NCBI GenBank assembly: GCA_946965045.2
Contig: OX337233.1
Span: 1,488,001-1,552,000 of the forward strand
Direction of reading: 5' to 3'
DNA: 64,000 nucleotides
From: Epithemia pelagica
Taxonomy: Eukaryota; Protista; Bacillariophyta
Positions within the stretch are counted from its first letter, which is position 1; every line of letters begins with the position of its first letter. Below the pieces are notes generated by a model, which ran no database searches, was not told the origin of the DNA, and worked only from the letters and a program-made list of their open reading frames with translations. Shown one piece after another: positions 42,939 to 54,344 of the stretch. Both the position numbers and the translations under genes were made by a program.

Positions 42939-43123
42939 GTGACGATGCAGCTCTTGATCTATGACTTTGCAAAGAGAATGTGTGGAATAGCAGCAACTGG
43001 ATCAATTTGATGGTTGTTGAGTATTATTTCGTTCATCGAAATGAGTTTCGTTTGGTTGACAATCTCCCAAGTAGTATATCCGTAAGATCGTGTTGGCAAC
43101 GAGACAACAATGGAAAGTTGGCG
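42939..43123. repeat. Direct repeat, copy 2 (orphan 3' end of the carrier gene)
   Basis: Matches 27150-27428 minus the MITE and encodes VTMQLLIYDFAKRMCGIAATGSI-stop. Confidence 0.9.
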
Positions 43124-43948
43124 CCGGTTGTGAATAACACAAGTGTCCAAGGCTCTCGGATTCGAAGTCTTCGTTTAATTTTAGACTTCGGCTCAACAAC
43201 AATTACTCCTATGGGATGGTACTCCAATAATGATAACAGAAGGTACTCCTAGTAGAAGTAGACTCCTCTAGAGAGGAACACCGTACTACGGCAGATAGCA
43301 GAGTCGGAAACTCGTGAATCAAGGCGACCTACTACCTACCCCTCATTAGATTGGGGAGTACCGACAAAGAAGCGATACCAACACAATACACCACAGATAC
43401 GAGGCTAGGGCGTAGGCGTGGGATGTCGTGACACGGCATAGCGGCAACCGCTACTAGGAGTTTAGAGAACATACTTCTTGTATCGGGATAACGGGAACAC
43501 GGAAGCCGGGAGACATGCACCGCGCGTTTTTTTCATTCTTACCCGTACAAGACGTCTTGTGTCTTGTGCTCATAAAGCGACATACTTTCGTCGAAGTAAA
43601 ACGAATCATCGAAGATTGTCATTCATAGAGACCTTTTACAGTATTACGTTGTCAATTCCGACACATCATATCAACTTTGGTCCTCGGTATCTGGTATCAA
43701 AGATATCAACCGTCTGGTGTGAGGCGGTTTCAGTGAAGCATCCAAGATATCTCAAGCATTTACGATATTTGGCCATCAGCGACTTTCTGAATCGACTTAA
43801 ATCTGAACTAAGAACCTCACGGATTCCAAACTAGAATCACGTTTCATCGAAGCCTTCGACGTACCAGTCGTGGAGCGATCAACTTCCTGCCTACGTTAGA
43901 TTTTCGACCGTACCATTGGACTTGGAAGTGCATTCAAAATATCTCAAA

Positions 43949-45403
43949 ATGGCGCTACTCGGTGAACTGGCCGCGTCGGTCCTTCTGTTTTGTTTGGTTT
44001 TTGGCATGTCTGCGACGGTGGAAATGAAATCTCTCAAGAAACAGATTCGAAACCGCACGGCATTATTGATTGGTGTCGTGATGCAATTTCTTGTGCTACC
44101 TTTCGTTGGATTTTGTGTTGTAAAAATTCTACAATTGCCATCGACCTATGGTGTGACGCTTCTTGTAATTACGAGCAGTCCTGGTGGAAGTTACTCGAAC
44201 TGGTGGTGTTCTCTCTTCAATGCGGAATTGGCCTTGAGTGTGACAATGACAACTATCTCAACCTTACTGTCCGTGGTAATGCTACCGGTGAATCTGATCC
44301 TATACACAAGATGGACGTACTCAGAAGATGTGGTCGGATCGTTGGACTGGTCAGCACTGATTTTGAGCCTGATAGTGGTAATATCAGGTATCGGCGGAGG
44401 TCTGTATTCTTCTTATAGAGCTGAGCAACGAGGAGACAAAGCCCGGTTTCACAAGACTGCTAATCGACTTGGTAATGTCGCAGGTATCCTATTGGTGATT
44501 TTGAGTGTAGTGATCAGTTCCACGGGCAATAATGATCATCACAAGGCGAGTCTGTGGGATCAAGATGCAAGATTTTATATCGGTGTGGCGTTACCTGCTA
44601 TATTGGGCTTACTCCTTGCAGTCAAAATGTCATCGCATTATGAGCTCGAAAAACCGGAACGTGTCGCTGTCGCTGTGGAAGCATGCTACCAGAATACCGG
44701 AATTGCTACATCGGTTGCGATATCGTTGTACGATGGTGATGATCTAGCCACCGCCATTGGTGTTCCTCTTTATTATGGAATTGTTGAAGCCGTCCTTCTG
44801 GCGTTCTTTTGCATGGTGTGTTGGAAAATGGGTTGGACCAAGGCCCCGCCTGAAGAGAACTGCTGTAAAGTGATTTACAACTCCTACGAAGGTCATGAAG
44901 AGGGCGAAGGAGGAGAAAATAATTTGGAAGGTACTGCAAATTCCAAGCGAGAAGGAGCGGAAGTTCCGATGGGAGCGTCAAATGATGAGAGTGGTGAGTT
45001 TGTTGGTACCGGTGATCGCAAGAGAATAGTCGGCGACTCAGCTCCTGACGGTGGAGAATCAGTTGTTACGGAGACAGAAATGACCGAAACATCAGGTTCT
45101 GGCGTTGTTGTACAAGCCTCAGAAGACGGAGCCGTTGCTGTCGTCAGCGGTAATGAGGGAGAACTGCCACAGCAGGTGTCTGGGTTTGACCGTGTAATGG
45201 CCACGGTTCGTGCACGTGTTGCTGGGTATGGATTTGGTCAACAGGACGAAGAACGTGGATTAAGAACAAGACGTGGTCCCGTCACATTGGGGCTGTCTCA
45301 GGTTGCGTCCCCGCGAGACAAAAAACGAAAGAAGAAGAAGAAAACCAGTCAAGAGAAGAATAAAGAAAACGATTTACCCTTGGAAGGTCGAAGTATCGAC
45401 TAA
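43949..45403 (+). CDS. Bile acid:Na+ symporter (BASS/SBF) family transporter
   Basis: FGMSA, QFLVLP, SSPGGSYSN, ALSVTMTTIST and QNTGIA motifs; multiple TM helices; long acidic tail. Confidence 0.88.
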   Translation: MALLGELAASVLLFCLVFGMSATVEMKSLKKQIRNRTALLIGVVMQFLVLPFVGFCVVKILQLPSTYGVTLLVITSSPGGSYSNWWCSLFNAELALSVTMTTISTLLSVVMLPVNLILYTRWTYSEDVVGSLDWSALILSLIVVISGIGGGLYSSYRAEQRGDKARFHKTANRLGNVAGILLVILSVVISSTGNNDHHKASLWDQDARFYIGVALPAILGLLLAVKMSSHYELEKPERVAVAVEACYQNTGIATSVAISLYDGDDLATAIGVPLYYGIVEAVLLAFFCMVCWKMGWTKAPPEENCCKVIYNSYEGHEEGEGGENNLEGTANSKREGAEVPMGASNDESGEFVGTGDRKRIVGDSAPDGGESVVTETEMTETSGSGVVVQASEDGAVAVVSGNEGELPQQVSGFDRVMATVRARVAGYGFGQQDEERGLRTRRGPVTLGLSQVASPRDKKRKKKKKTSQEKNKENDLPLEGRSID

Positions 45404-46215
45404 AAGTAAGGGCGGTCCAGTTCGCTATGAAGGTTGTATGGTTTGAATGGTCTGGCTCAAAAACCTGATCTCGGTTGCGATTTTTTGCACAAAATGTGTA
45501 GAAGGAGAGTCCCAACAGGACCAAAGATCCGGATACTACTTTTTTCTGTGGTTACATGATGAACATGTAACTCCAGTGAAAACCTTGAAACATTTTCAAG
45601 ATCGACCGCTGACAAGGTTCGTAAGGTCACTCAATGATTCATTTTAATAGTCAAGTGTGTTATTTCTTACTCTGCAGTAATGGCGAAGCATCTATATCTC
45701 ATACATACAACCTGCTTTTGAAAGGAGACAGAGATCTTTCCTCTAGAGTATGAGTTATTCTAAAATAAGCTTAGCCTAAAACAGGAGAACACATACTCCG
45801 TACGGATATCAAAGGATTACTACTCGTACTCGTAGAGCAGCTTGGGTAGATTGTGCATAGTAGCCCTAGCATTTTTTATCCCTGTCACACCCAAGCGTTT
45901 CCAGATCAAGGAATCTGTAGTGTCGTAAGTCGTAGCAGGACTGACCATTTCTACTGACTATTTCTTAGTCCTACTTACGATAGTGACAACGCAGGATTCC
46001 TTCAACAACCCATCACAAAAGCGTGAGGGGTATCGGCGTTCTCTTGTTGCACCAAACGAGAGACACCTGGTGCATTCTCTACTTGTCCAATCTTCTCTTC
46101 AAATTCAATTGAACTCTTTCCAACGCCCATTGCATCGATAGAAGCTGGACAGAAGAGCAAGTTGTTGCTTCCACCCCACCATCAATAATCTCTTCGTGAC
46201 ATCTATCGCTTCAAA

Positions 46216-47806
46216 ATGGATCCAACGAGGTTTTGTTTGTTCCTGGTTTTGTTGGGGAGATTTTCTGTTGGAGCATGGACAACTACTTCGGTCCAACTAA
46301 CAAGAAGAAAGCAAATGTCTTCTCCAACGGTTCTAGCTTCGTTTGCTCCTTCGGCTGATCGCGACAACAGCAACCCTGGCGCACCCGACTCCCCTAGCAG
46401 CAACGTCAACCAAAATCTTCATCACAGTCAGGATGAGTTGGAGCTTGGACGGAAGCTTGAGGGTGGTCACGTGATTGATTTTTCTTCTGTGAAAGCAAGT
46501 TCAAAGGCTGAAGCAGCGCTTGCTGCAGCAAGGCAGCAGCTTTTGAACTCCCAAGCAATGGCGACATCAGCTCAAAATGGACAGATTCTTGGAATTAACG
46601 ACGACGTGATTGGAGAAGTTGGTCATCCATTGGGGCAATTCGCAGGACCTGAACAGATTCAGAACTGTGCGACATGGATTCGCTCCATTGCGCCGCCCAA
46701 TGTCTTTGAGTGGAAGAATGGTCTTTCATCGGATAGTTCGTCCTTCACACGTGAACAGATCTCGTCTTTTCGAAGCATTCTGGACAAGTCGTTTGAAGAA
46801 TCTGGAGAGGTGACTGGAGCCTACGCAAAAACTTTTTACATGGGTACAATGTTGTTGGGAGAAGAAGCACGTAAAGCGATCTGGGCGATCTATGTGTGGT
46901 GTCGACGCACTGACGAAATCGTAGACGCCCCTCGTGACAGCGATGACGAGATGTTGTCAGATTTGAGCTCTTGGGAGATGCGTCTGGAAAATCTGTGGAA
47001 GTACGGAGAGGTAGAGGACGTGTATGACCTGGCTTTGCTTTTCGTGCGCGCGAAGTACCCAAATCTTGATATCACTCCTTTTATGGATATGATTCGTGGA
47101 ATGCTCATGGATGTACCAGGACTTGGACAAGAACGGTACGAGAGCTTCGATGAACTCCATTTGTATTGCTACCGTGTCGCGGGTACGGTGGGACTGATGA
47201 GCCTCCCCGTTTTCGGTTGTGCACCGGGTTACGATGACGAAATAGCACGGTATGGTATTTAATCATGTTTGCCGCTTATCTTTGACCATGACCCGCTGTT
47301 CTCACTTCGTGTTTCCCATTTTTGCTGGCTCCTTTAATCTCGGCAGGGAACCTGCGCTTTCGTTGGGCGTAGCTTTTCAATTGACAAATATCCTACGGGA
47401 TGTGGGTGAAGATGCTGTTCAACGTGGCCGTGTGTATCTTCCTCAGGAAGACCTCCGTCGTTTCGGTGTGACCGAGGAACAAATTTTTGAACAACGTGTT
47501 GATGAAAATTACGTTGCTCTCATGAAGTTTGAAATTGCACGTGCTCGCTCGTACTACGAACGAGCGCGACGTGGTGTATTCATGTTGGCCGCTGGAAGTC
47601 GGTTACCAGTCCAATCTTCTCTTGATGCCTACGGCCGCATTTTGGACAAAATTGAAGAAAACAATTACGATTCCTTAACGACAAGAGCCTATGTTGATAA
47701 ATGGGAGAAGCTCTCGATAATACCCTCTTCGTGGTACCGAACCTTGGACATATCCCGAATGCTCCCGTTGCCAGGTGACAGCGCTGTTGAACTCGATCAA
47801 GCATAA
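46216..47806 (+). CDS. PSY: Phytoene synthase, plastid-targeted, 2 exons
   Basis: YAKTFYMGT, WCRRTDEIVD, YCYRVAGTVG, FQLTNILRDVGED, GRVYLPQED. Intron 47250-47346 restores EIAR-EPALSLG. Presequence SVGA-WTT. Confidence 0.95.
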
Positions 47807-47910
47807 AGTAAAATTATAGGAGTACATAGATGCATGAGGTAATATGTTATGTTGAAACGTAAACAAAGCTGTATATTACGTTGTCCGATGAGTTTTCTTT
47901 TTGGTTCGTC

Positions 47911-48987
47911 TCAGCCAAGAGGAAAGAGCTTTTGTGCGCAAGAATGGTGTTCAATGCCACGAAACATCTGCTTCAGCAAGCGAAATTGCGTTTCACGGCC
48001 TTGCTTGATCTCTGACAAAATGTGGCAATGACGCTCATGGAAAAGATAAGCGGACGGATTTCTCGCTTCTGCTTCTTCAAGCCTATTTCTTCCATGATGC
48101 GAATCCTCGGCCACTGAGTTATGACGAACCACCAATGAACAGAAAAGCCGACGGAGGCGTGATGGGCGTTGTCTATGCCCGTCTTCCATATCCTGCTGCT
48201 CGTACTTGGACAAGGTCAATTCCAGTAACTTTTCTCGCACATACCATTCTTCACGACGCCAGCGCCGAATATCTTGTTCCACAAGAAGCAAGTCTTCACG
48301 AAATTCACCCCAATAAAAGATAAAACGTCGACTGGGGCTGTATTGGTCAGACGGATCCTCGTCTTGTTTTTGACGGCGATAGGATAAAAAGTCCTGAGAC
48401 AGACAGTAGTCGAGAATCATTTGTCGATTCCGGCTGCAGGCACTCGAAGAGCTACAAGAACAAAGCTGACTTTCAACAATGGACCGTGCAGATTCTTCCG
48501 ACAAGCGATTTGTCCCTTCCAACAGCAGGGCTTCCGGGAAAGCGTGAAGAAAAGCTTCCACCTGGGCTACATCAGCATTGATGGAACAAAGATAACACAA
48601 AGCCGTGTTGAGGGCCTGAATCTCATCTAATCGCTCATAGTCTTTCTGGTTACTTTCAAACTCGACATGCTCGGGAACAGAAGCGATAGATGCGACTTGC
48701 CCTTTCCTCATTGTCAGGTTTTCCGAGTGCTTCCGCATTCGCGATGGTTGTGACAAGCCACTTTCATTTGAAGATCGTACCTCATGACAGAGTACTTGTG
48801 ACACATCCAACGGTACATTTGCTTCTTCCGTTGACCGTCTCGTTTGGAGTTTCGGTGCGACGTTCCATTGTTTGTTGTCATTCTTGAAAACAAGTGTCAC
48901 TTGAAAACAGTACTGGGGGATTGTGGGGGAAAGGCCACAGTGGATTTTTCGGTAACCTTGAAACATGGAATGTGGAACATCACGCAA
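47911..48987 (-). CDS. Hypothetical protein
   Basis: 358-codon ORF. The true start is probably near 48735 (MRKHSEN). No family recognised. Confidence 0.5.
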   Translation of the reverse strand: MRDVPHSMFQGYRKIHCGLSPTIPQYCFQVTLVFKNDNKQWNVAPKLQTRRSTEEANVPLDVSQVLCHEVRSSNESGLSQPSRMRKHSENLTMRKGQVASIASVPEHVEFESNQKDYERLDEIQALNTALCYLCSINADVAQVEAFLHAFPEALLLEGTNRLSEESARSIVESQLCSCSSSSACSRNRQMILDYCLSQDFLSYRRQKQDEDPSDQYSPSRRFIFYWGEFREDLLLVEQDIRRWRREEWYVREKLLELTLSKYEQQDMEDGHRQRPSRLRRLFCSLVVRHNSVAEDSHHGRNRLEEAEARNPSAYLFHERHCHILSEIKQGRETQFRLLKQMFRGIEHHSCAQKLFPLG

Positions 48988-50086
48988 GGGCTCAAAAGCG
49001 TGGATTCAAATGTTGGCAACAAGAAATAGTCCTTTGTCGGTCATGTCCATGAGCATGGACTTATCCATTAGCATAGCGCCCACTGACCCAGCTCAATTTC
49101 GACTATCGGCACACGTCGAATGATATTCCCCATCACCTAATCCTCAAAGCAATAATTATTCTTTTTGGCCTTTGGGGAAGATAACAACATTGCTTTACTG
49201 GGGAATGGCATGGGTATATATTCGTAACAAGATCGTCGACCATCGGAGGGTGAGAAGTGAAAAATACAGCGATAGAACGGTTCCCGCCTTTTTTTTCCTT
49301 GGCACTCGTCACATGCCATTTTACCATTTACCACATGCCAAGAAATGCCAACGGACAACCCGTTTGTTCGTTGGCTCACACATGACGAAGGACTGGAAGT
49401 GGTAACCTTACAATGAAACTGCTACCGAGCATGCGCGCGAGGCGACACGTGTTACGCCTGTGCGTTAGGCAGGAGTTGGATATTCGTACTCCTACAATAC
49501 TATAAGCTTCCATATAATATTGTACAAGGAATTTGGGGAAGCAGGCTTGCTCTTCTTCTTGGTATGGAGTTTAGTGATTAAGCCTCATGGGCAATAACAA
49601 ATTAATTAAGCTCGTCATTTATGATTCAAAAGTACTCGTATAGTATGCCTTTGAATTGCCTGGTATACTTCCTATTTATCTCTCTTATACACAACAACAG
49701 GTGGCTTTAATCCACCATATATCCGTTGAATGGACAGTTGGTCTTGGGAATGCGTGTGAAATAATTTTGCTTCATCATCCTGAAACGATTGACGGTGCAG
49801 GACATGTTGTCGAAGAATGATCGTCCTTCTCTTGTGCATGATAACTGATTGTCAATTTGCGACGATTGGACGGCCTTCCCAGAGAACTTCACTAAAGGTT
49901 TGGCTACCTCGTTCATTTCAGGTAATCGTAGGCTGTTGGTGAAATCGACCCAAGGGTCCTCGTCATTGACCTTGAAGAGTTGTCTTTGCCGTTGAGGTTT
50001 TCCGAAAGGCGACGATGCACGCCCGTTACGCTGATGAGAGACGAAGTCGTTGGGAAGGAAGGGAGGAATCAGAGCGCGTCTCCACA

Positions 50087-53000
50087 ATGGACGACCCGTA
50101 TGCAAGAAGTCATCGGAACGGACGGAGGGCATCTCCTGTTAGCATGCTCAGCGGAGGCAATCAACAGTACGAGGATACATTTGGACCACCTCGAACTGTG
50201 GCATCTCTGTCAGTCGGAGGCAATCTTAATTCGTCGCCTCCTTCCTCGCGAGCCTCTCGACGTCGTAGAGAGAACGATTCCTCTGCTTTGCCAGGTCTGG
50301 TTTCTCCGTCAGATTCTTCCTCTCCCGCTGCTAATAACAAGTACAAGGACCGCGAGATGCGATTACACCAATCCATCATTTACAATCGTGCTCGGCTGAA
50401 GCAACAACAAAAATACCAACAGCGGGCTGAACAAGAGCATAGCAGCTCGCTGCCATTGGTGTCACCAGACCGGGGGACGCGTTCCACAGTGAATGGGACA
50501 CCTTCCTCCACTTCATCGCCCATGCATTCCACACGCAGCCGATCTCCTGCGAGCAGCACTTCGTCGTCCCGCGTGGCTGTCAGCCGCTGGCAAAATCTTT
50601 CGGATGGCTCAAACTCGAGCCGTCGAAATCACGTGTTCCCTCCTGCTACCACCACGAGTATCACTGGCAGCAGCCCCAACAATAGCAACACCCGCATCCA
50701 AAGCTCCCCATCAAGTCAAAGCAAACAAGAAGAACGAAGACTAAAGTATAGCAGTCATGATCACGAGAGAAATGGGGAACTAAGAACACCTTCGAGGAAG
50801 CAGCTTCGTGATCGCGATGAATTTCACCATGAAGAGCCTCAACAGAATGAACAACAACCACAACTTGAACACCAGAACAACGACCGGGACATGGGAGAAC
50901 GGCCCACTCTAGAGCATAATCGGGCGTCCTCCCCTGAGATAACTCATCCGCAAGGAGACGATTACCATGAATCTTACGAACAAAATCAAGAAGATAAATG
51001 GAAGATGAGAGAGCAACATCAAGAGGAAGAACGGAAAATGCAAGACTACGAACGACTCTCCCAGGAGCAGCAACGCCTGTTGGAGGAGCAACAACGTCTG
51101 CTCCAAGAACAGGAAGATCAACAACGAGCAGATGAAGAAGAGCGGCTTTTTATGGAACAACAGCGACAATACCATCTTGATGACCAAGAGGTCAGCGAGC
51201 TGCAAATTCCTCCACCTCCGGATGAAGGTGAATCTGTACTCAGTGGCTTTAGCAAGCCTTTCGACGAACGACATATTGCAGGTGTTGGCGCTTCGTCGGT
51301 CTTGAGTGGTTACAGCAAACCGTTTGACGAAAAACAAGAATCTAAATCGAGCCATCATGAAAAGAGGGAACAATTCCTTCCCATGTCTCTTGGTGTTCGC
51401 CATGGCGAAATCTCGACCACACCCAATGCTCCTCCAACGTTGTCCCAGAATGCTTCCTTCCCCTCCCACGCACCGTCTCAACTCGAACAGTCAGGCCATG
51501 GATTATCTCAAAATCGATTTAAGTTGCCTCCGCCACGTGTGTCGGAGCCGGAGGGGTCTAATTACAATGGAGAGTACTTCCCTCCGTCTACCCCAAAGGC
51601 TTTCGTGAAGCAGATTAATTCACGGACAACGCACAACGAATACTACGGAGCGCCTAAACAAAGAGAAAATGACGAAGATGATAATATCAGTCCTTCCGTG
51701 ATAGATGCAAGTCTCTTTGTGAACGAACCTTCTTCGCCTCAGCTGTCGCCTGATCGATCTCATGTGAGCAACCAACTTAGGGCATCCCTGGGGTCTAGAA
51801 CCGATCCTAGAAATACGGGCTATGGAGATGATGGCGAAGACGAGAAGAAACTTGATATTGTAATCCCACCTCCTCATCCTCGTGAAGGACGAAGCACAAG
51901 ACGACCGGATTTCATCCTAAATCAAGATGACACAAGCAGAGACGAGACCGAAGATGATTCTCTCTTTGGATACTTGACCGAGCAGTCAAAGCATAGAGAA
52001 GAAGATACTGAAGGATCCAGCACTGGCAACCGACGGTATAGCCATAACTTTTTGGATACAACTGATGATGATGATTTTGATGATGACGACGACGAAGAAG
52101 AAGAGGATGATGATGAAGGTGACGACAGTACGTCCGTCGAAACACCACGCGAGAACCAGATACAGCGCAAGGCGTCGGCGTCTCCAGGAAGTCTGCCACG
52201 GCGGTCACAGGAAGCTTGGAAGCGCCATGCTGAAATACAAAAACACAACGCTCGAAAAACAGCTCAAGAAGAGCTGCTCAACAAGAACAAAGTCTCATTT
52301 GGTAAAGTGGACACTGTTCACACGTATCAAAATGAACGTAATAACTCCCGGGACAAGCTCAACACAACGAATGATTCAATTGAGTCAGGTTACACAAAGT
52401 CGTTGGAGTCTGAAGTTGAAGATGTATTCAAGGATATATTTCTGATCGGAAGTGGCAGGGCGAGTAAACCCGGTCGTCGGAAACCGAAGGACGCACCGGA
52501 GAAGCCACCACCTGATGACGACACTTTCGAATCCACGGATGATGGGTCCTCGGACAAGAAACCTTCAGTAAAGAACAAGAAAGAGAGCAACGATGAGGAT
52601 GAAGATCCTTTGTTGACAGGTATGTGGAATATGATGGAGAGTAGTGTTGGTGCCCTTGGTGGTGCATTAGGAATTTTGAATCCCGATGACGACGAAACAA
52701 CAATTCAGACTGCCGAAACAGGACCTACAATGGAATCATCTGTTGACCCCATGCCACGGAGAAAGCCGCTTCAACCTCCTGCAGAAACCAAGGCCCATAG
52801 TCGAGACGATTCGCCGCCGCGGTCAACCTCACAGAGAAATGCGGGATCCCCATCACCTCGATCCTCCACGCGCGATGTTTCTCTTTTAGAATATGTTTCG
52901 GAAAGCTTTCTGGGCTCTCCAGAGCGACGCTCTTTGGCCAAAAACGCGTTCCCCAAAGATCCGTTCTCCAATGACCCTGACATTGTTGGGAGCTCTCCGT

Positions 53001-53701
53001 TCACCGAACCCTATAGCTCAAGAAATGAACCCGCTTCGTCCTCCGACCAGGATTTGCGACTTGCGCAGTTGTCTACAGAGGCGGCTCGGATGTTCCACAA
53101 AATTCATGGCTATGATTTCGACGATAAGAAAGAGGTGGACATTGTTAATGAGATAAAGTTTGTTGTGGTCGATCTTCGATTGCCCATGGGTGTTGTTTTC
53201 CAAGAAAACCAAGGAGGTTGTTGGATTAAGAAGATATTACCCGATGGACTTGGCGCCCAAAAGCCAATTTCTGTTGGAGATCAGTTAGCTGCAATTGATG
53301 GAGTGAATGCTGCAGGGATGAAGGTAGATCAAATCGCGGATTTTGTTCGTAAGAAAAATGGTGAATTTGAGTTAACCCTCCTCAGGTACATTGGGAAGCT
53401 ACGACCTGCGGTTGAAGGATCGGATGCAGGCTTCGAGATAAAGGCCAGAAACGCAACGATTACAAGAAATAGGCCTAGTTCTCAGGGACGAGCCGAGTCT
53501 GTTGGGAGAGCGAACTCCCGTGGAAAGGACTCTTTGGTTCGAGAAATATTCGCTGGGAGGCGAAATCAAAGAGCAATTACTCCAAGCCAGCGCCGATCGG
53601 ATAAGCAAGACCAACCAATCAGCGAAGCCCCGGAGGCCTCTCCTCGAGGGAAGAGGCGTTTTGTATTCTTTGGCAGACGACGGAAGAATGACACTTCCTA
53701 G
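50087..53701 (+). CDS. Large disordered protein with C-terminal PDZ domain
   Basis: Ser/Gln/Glu/Asp-rich ORF of about 1200 aa. PMGVVFQE...CWIKKILPDG...SVGDQLAAIDG...ELTLLRY is PDZ-like. Confidence 0.8.
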   Translation: MDDPYARSHRNGRRASPVSMLSGGNQQYEDTFGPPRTVASLSVGGNLNSSPPSSRASRRRRENDSSALPGLVSPSDSSSPAANNKYKDREMRLHQSIIYNRARLKQQQKYQQRAEQEHSSSLPLVSPDRGTRSTVNGTPSSTSSPMHSTRSRSPASSTSSSRVAVSRWQNLSDGSNSSRRNHVFPPATTTSITGSSPNNSNTRIQSSPSSQSKQEERRLKYSSHDHERNGELRTPSRKQLRDRDEFHHEEPQQNEQQPQLEHQNNDRDMGERPTLEHNRASSPEITHPQGDDYHESYEQNQEDKWKMREQHQEEERKMQDYERLSQEQQRLLEEQQRLLQEQEDQQRADEEERLFMEQQRQYHLDDQEVSELQIPPPPDEGESVLSGFSKPFDERHIAGVGASSVLSGYSKPFDEKQESKSSHHEKREQFLPMSLGVRHGEISTTPNAPPTLSQNASFPSHAPSQLEQSGHGLSQNRFKLPPPRVSEPEGSNYNGEYFPPSTPKAFVKQINSRTTHNEYYGAPKQRENDEDDNISPSVIDASLFVNEPSSPQLSPDRSHVSNQLRASLGSRTDPRNTGYGDDGEDEKKLDIVIPPPHPREGRSTRRPDFILNQDDTSRDETEDDSLFGYLTEQSKHREEDTEGSSTGNRRYSHNFLDTTDDDDFDDDDDEEEEDDDEGDDSTSVETPRENQIQRKASASPGSLPRRSQEAWKRHAEIQKHNARKTAQEELLNKNKVSFGKVDTVHTYQNERNNSRDKLNTTNDSIESGYTKSLESEVEDVFKDIFLIGSGRASKPGRRKPKDAPEKPPPDDDTFESTDDGSSDKKPSVKNKKESNDEDEDPLLTGMWNMMESSVGALGGALGILNPDDDETTIQTAETGPTMESSVDPMPRRKPLQPPAETKAHSRDDSPPRSTSQRNAGSPSPRSSTRDVSLLEYVSESFLGSPERRSLAKNAFPKDPFSNDPDIVGSSPFTEPYSSRNEPASSSDQDLRLAQLSTEAARMFHKIHGYDFDDKKEVDIVNEIKFVVVDLRLPMGVVFQENQGGCWIKKILPDGLGAQKPISVGDQLAAIDGVNAAGMKVDQIADFVRKKNGEFELTLLRYIGKLRPAVEGSDAGFEIKARNATITRNRPSSQGRAESVGRANSRGKDSLVREIFAGRRNQRAITPSQRRSDKQDQPISEAPEASPRGKRRFVFFGRRRKNDTS

Positions 53702-54344
53702 TTCTTTGAATTGGCAATCCCGGCGACTTCCTTATTTCCTTTGCGTAATGACCTAGTTTTCAGTTATCTTGCCACTAGAGGTGTCAATTGACAACAGCTG
53801 TAATAATTATGGACCGATTTTGTTGACAAGTATCTGAAGACAGTTTGATCAAAGGAGTGTTCATAGTCATGAAGGCGCGGAATTATTGAGCGAGACAAAC
53901 ACAAAAGTAATAATCCATTTACCATTGTTGTGCAAGAGGATAGTCCAGAGTCCAGAGTCCACTCCTAAAAATTGCTTGGACGCATAACCCAATCACATGG
54001 CATAAAAACGAAAAGGCATTTCAAAGCTATCACTCTCCCTTGAGTTATACGAAATCTTTCGAACGTTTCAACTTTCAACTAAGCCCATGCCGGTTCCACC
54101 AGGGCGACTACCCAGCACCACCATGTTCGTTTATGGGATGTGGAATAGTTAGAGAACACCCGACGAATCCATCTGACGCGTTCCCCATCAAAAATCGTTG
54201 ACACGTGTACTTATGCAATGTGTGGAAATCAGAAAAATTGTTAAATAAAAATATTTTAAGCGACAGAAATGCGACTAGACATTCTACACAATCTGCCGGA
54301 AGCGCCTGGACGAGCGGTAGTTTTCGTGTGTCTGTTCTGTTTTG

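Noticed and set aside
49707-50132. 141-aa minus-strand ORF divergent from and overlapping the PDZ gene start
   Set aside because: Non-ATG start in the track, overlap with a stronger gene, and no domain.
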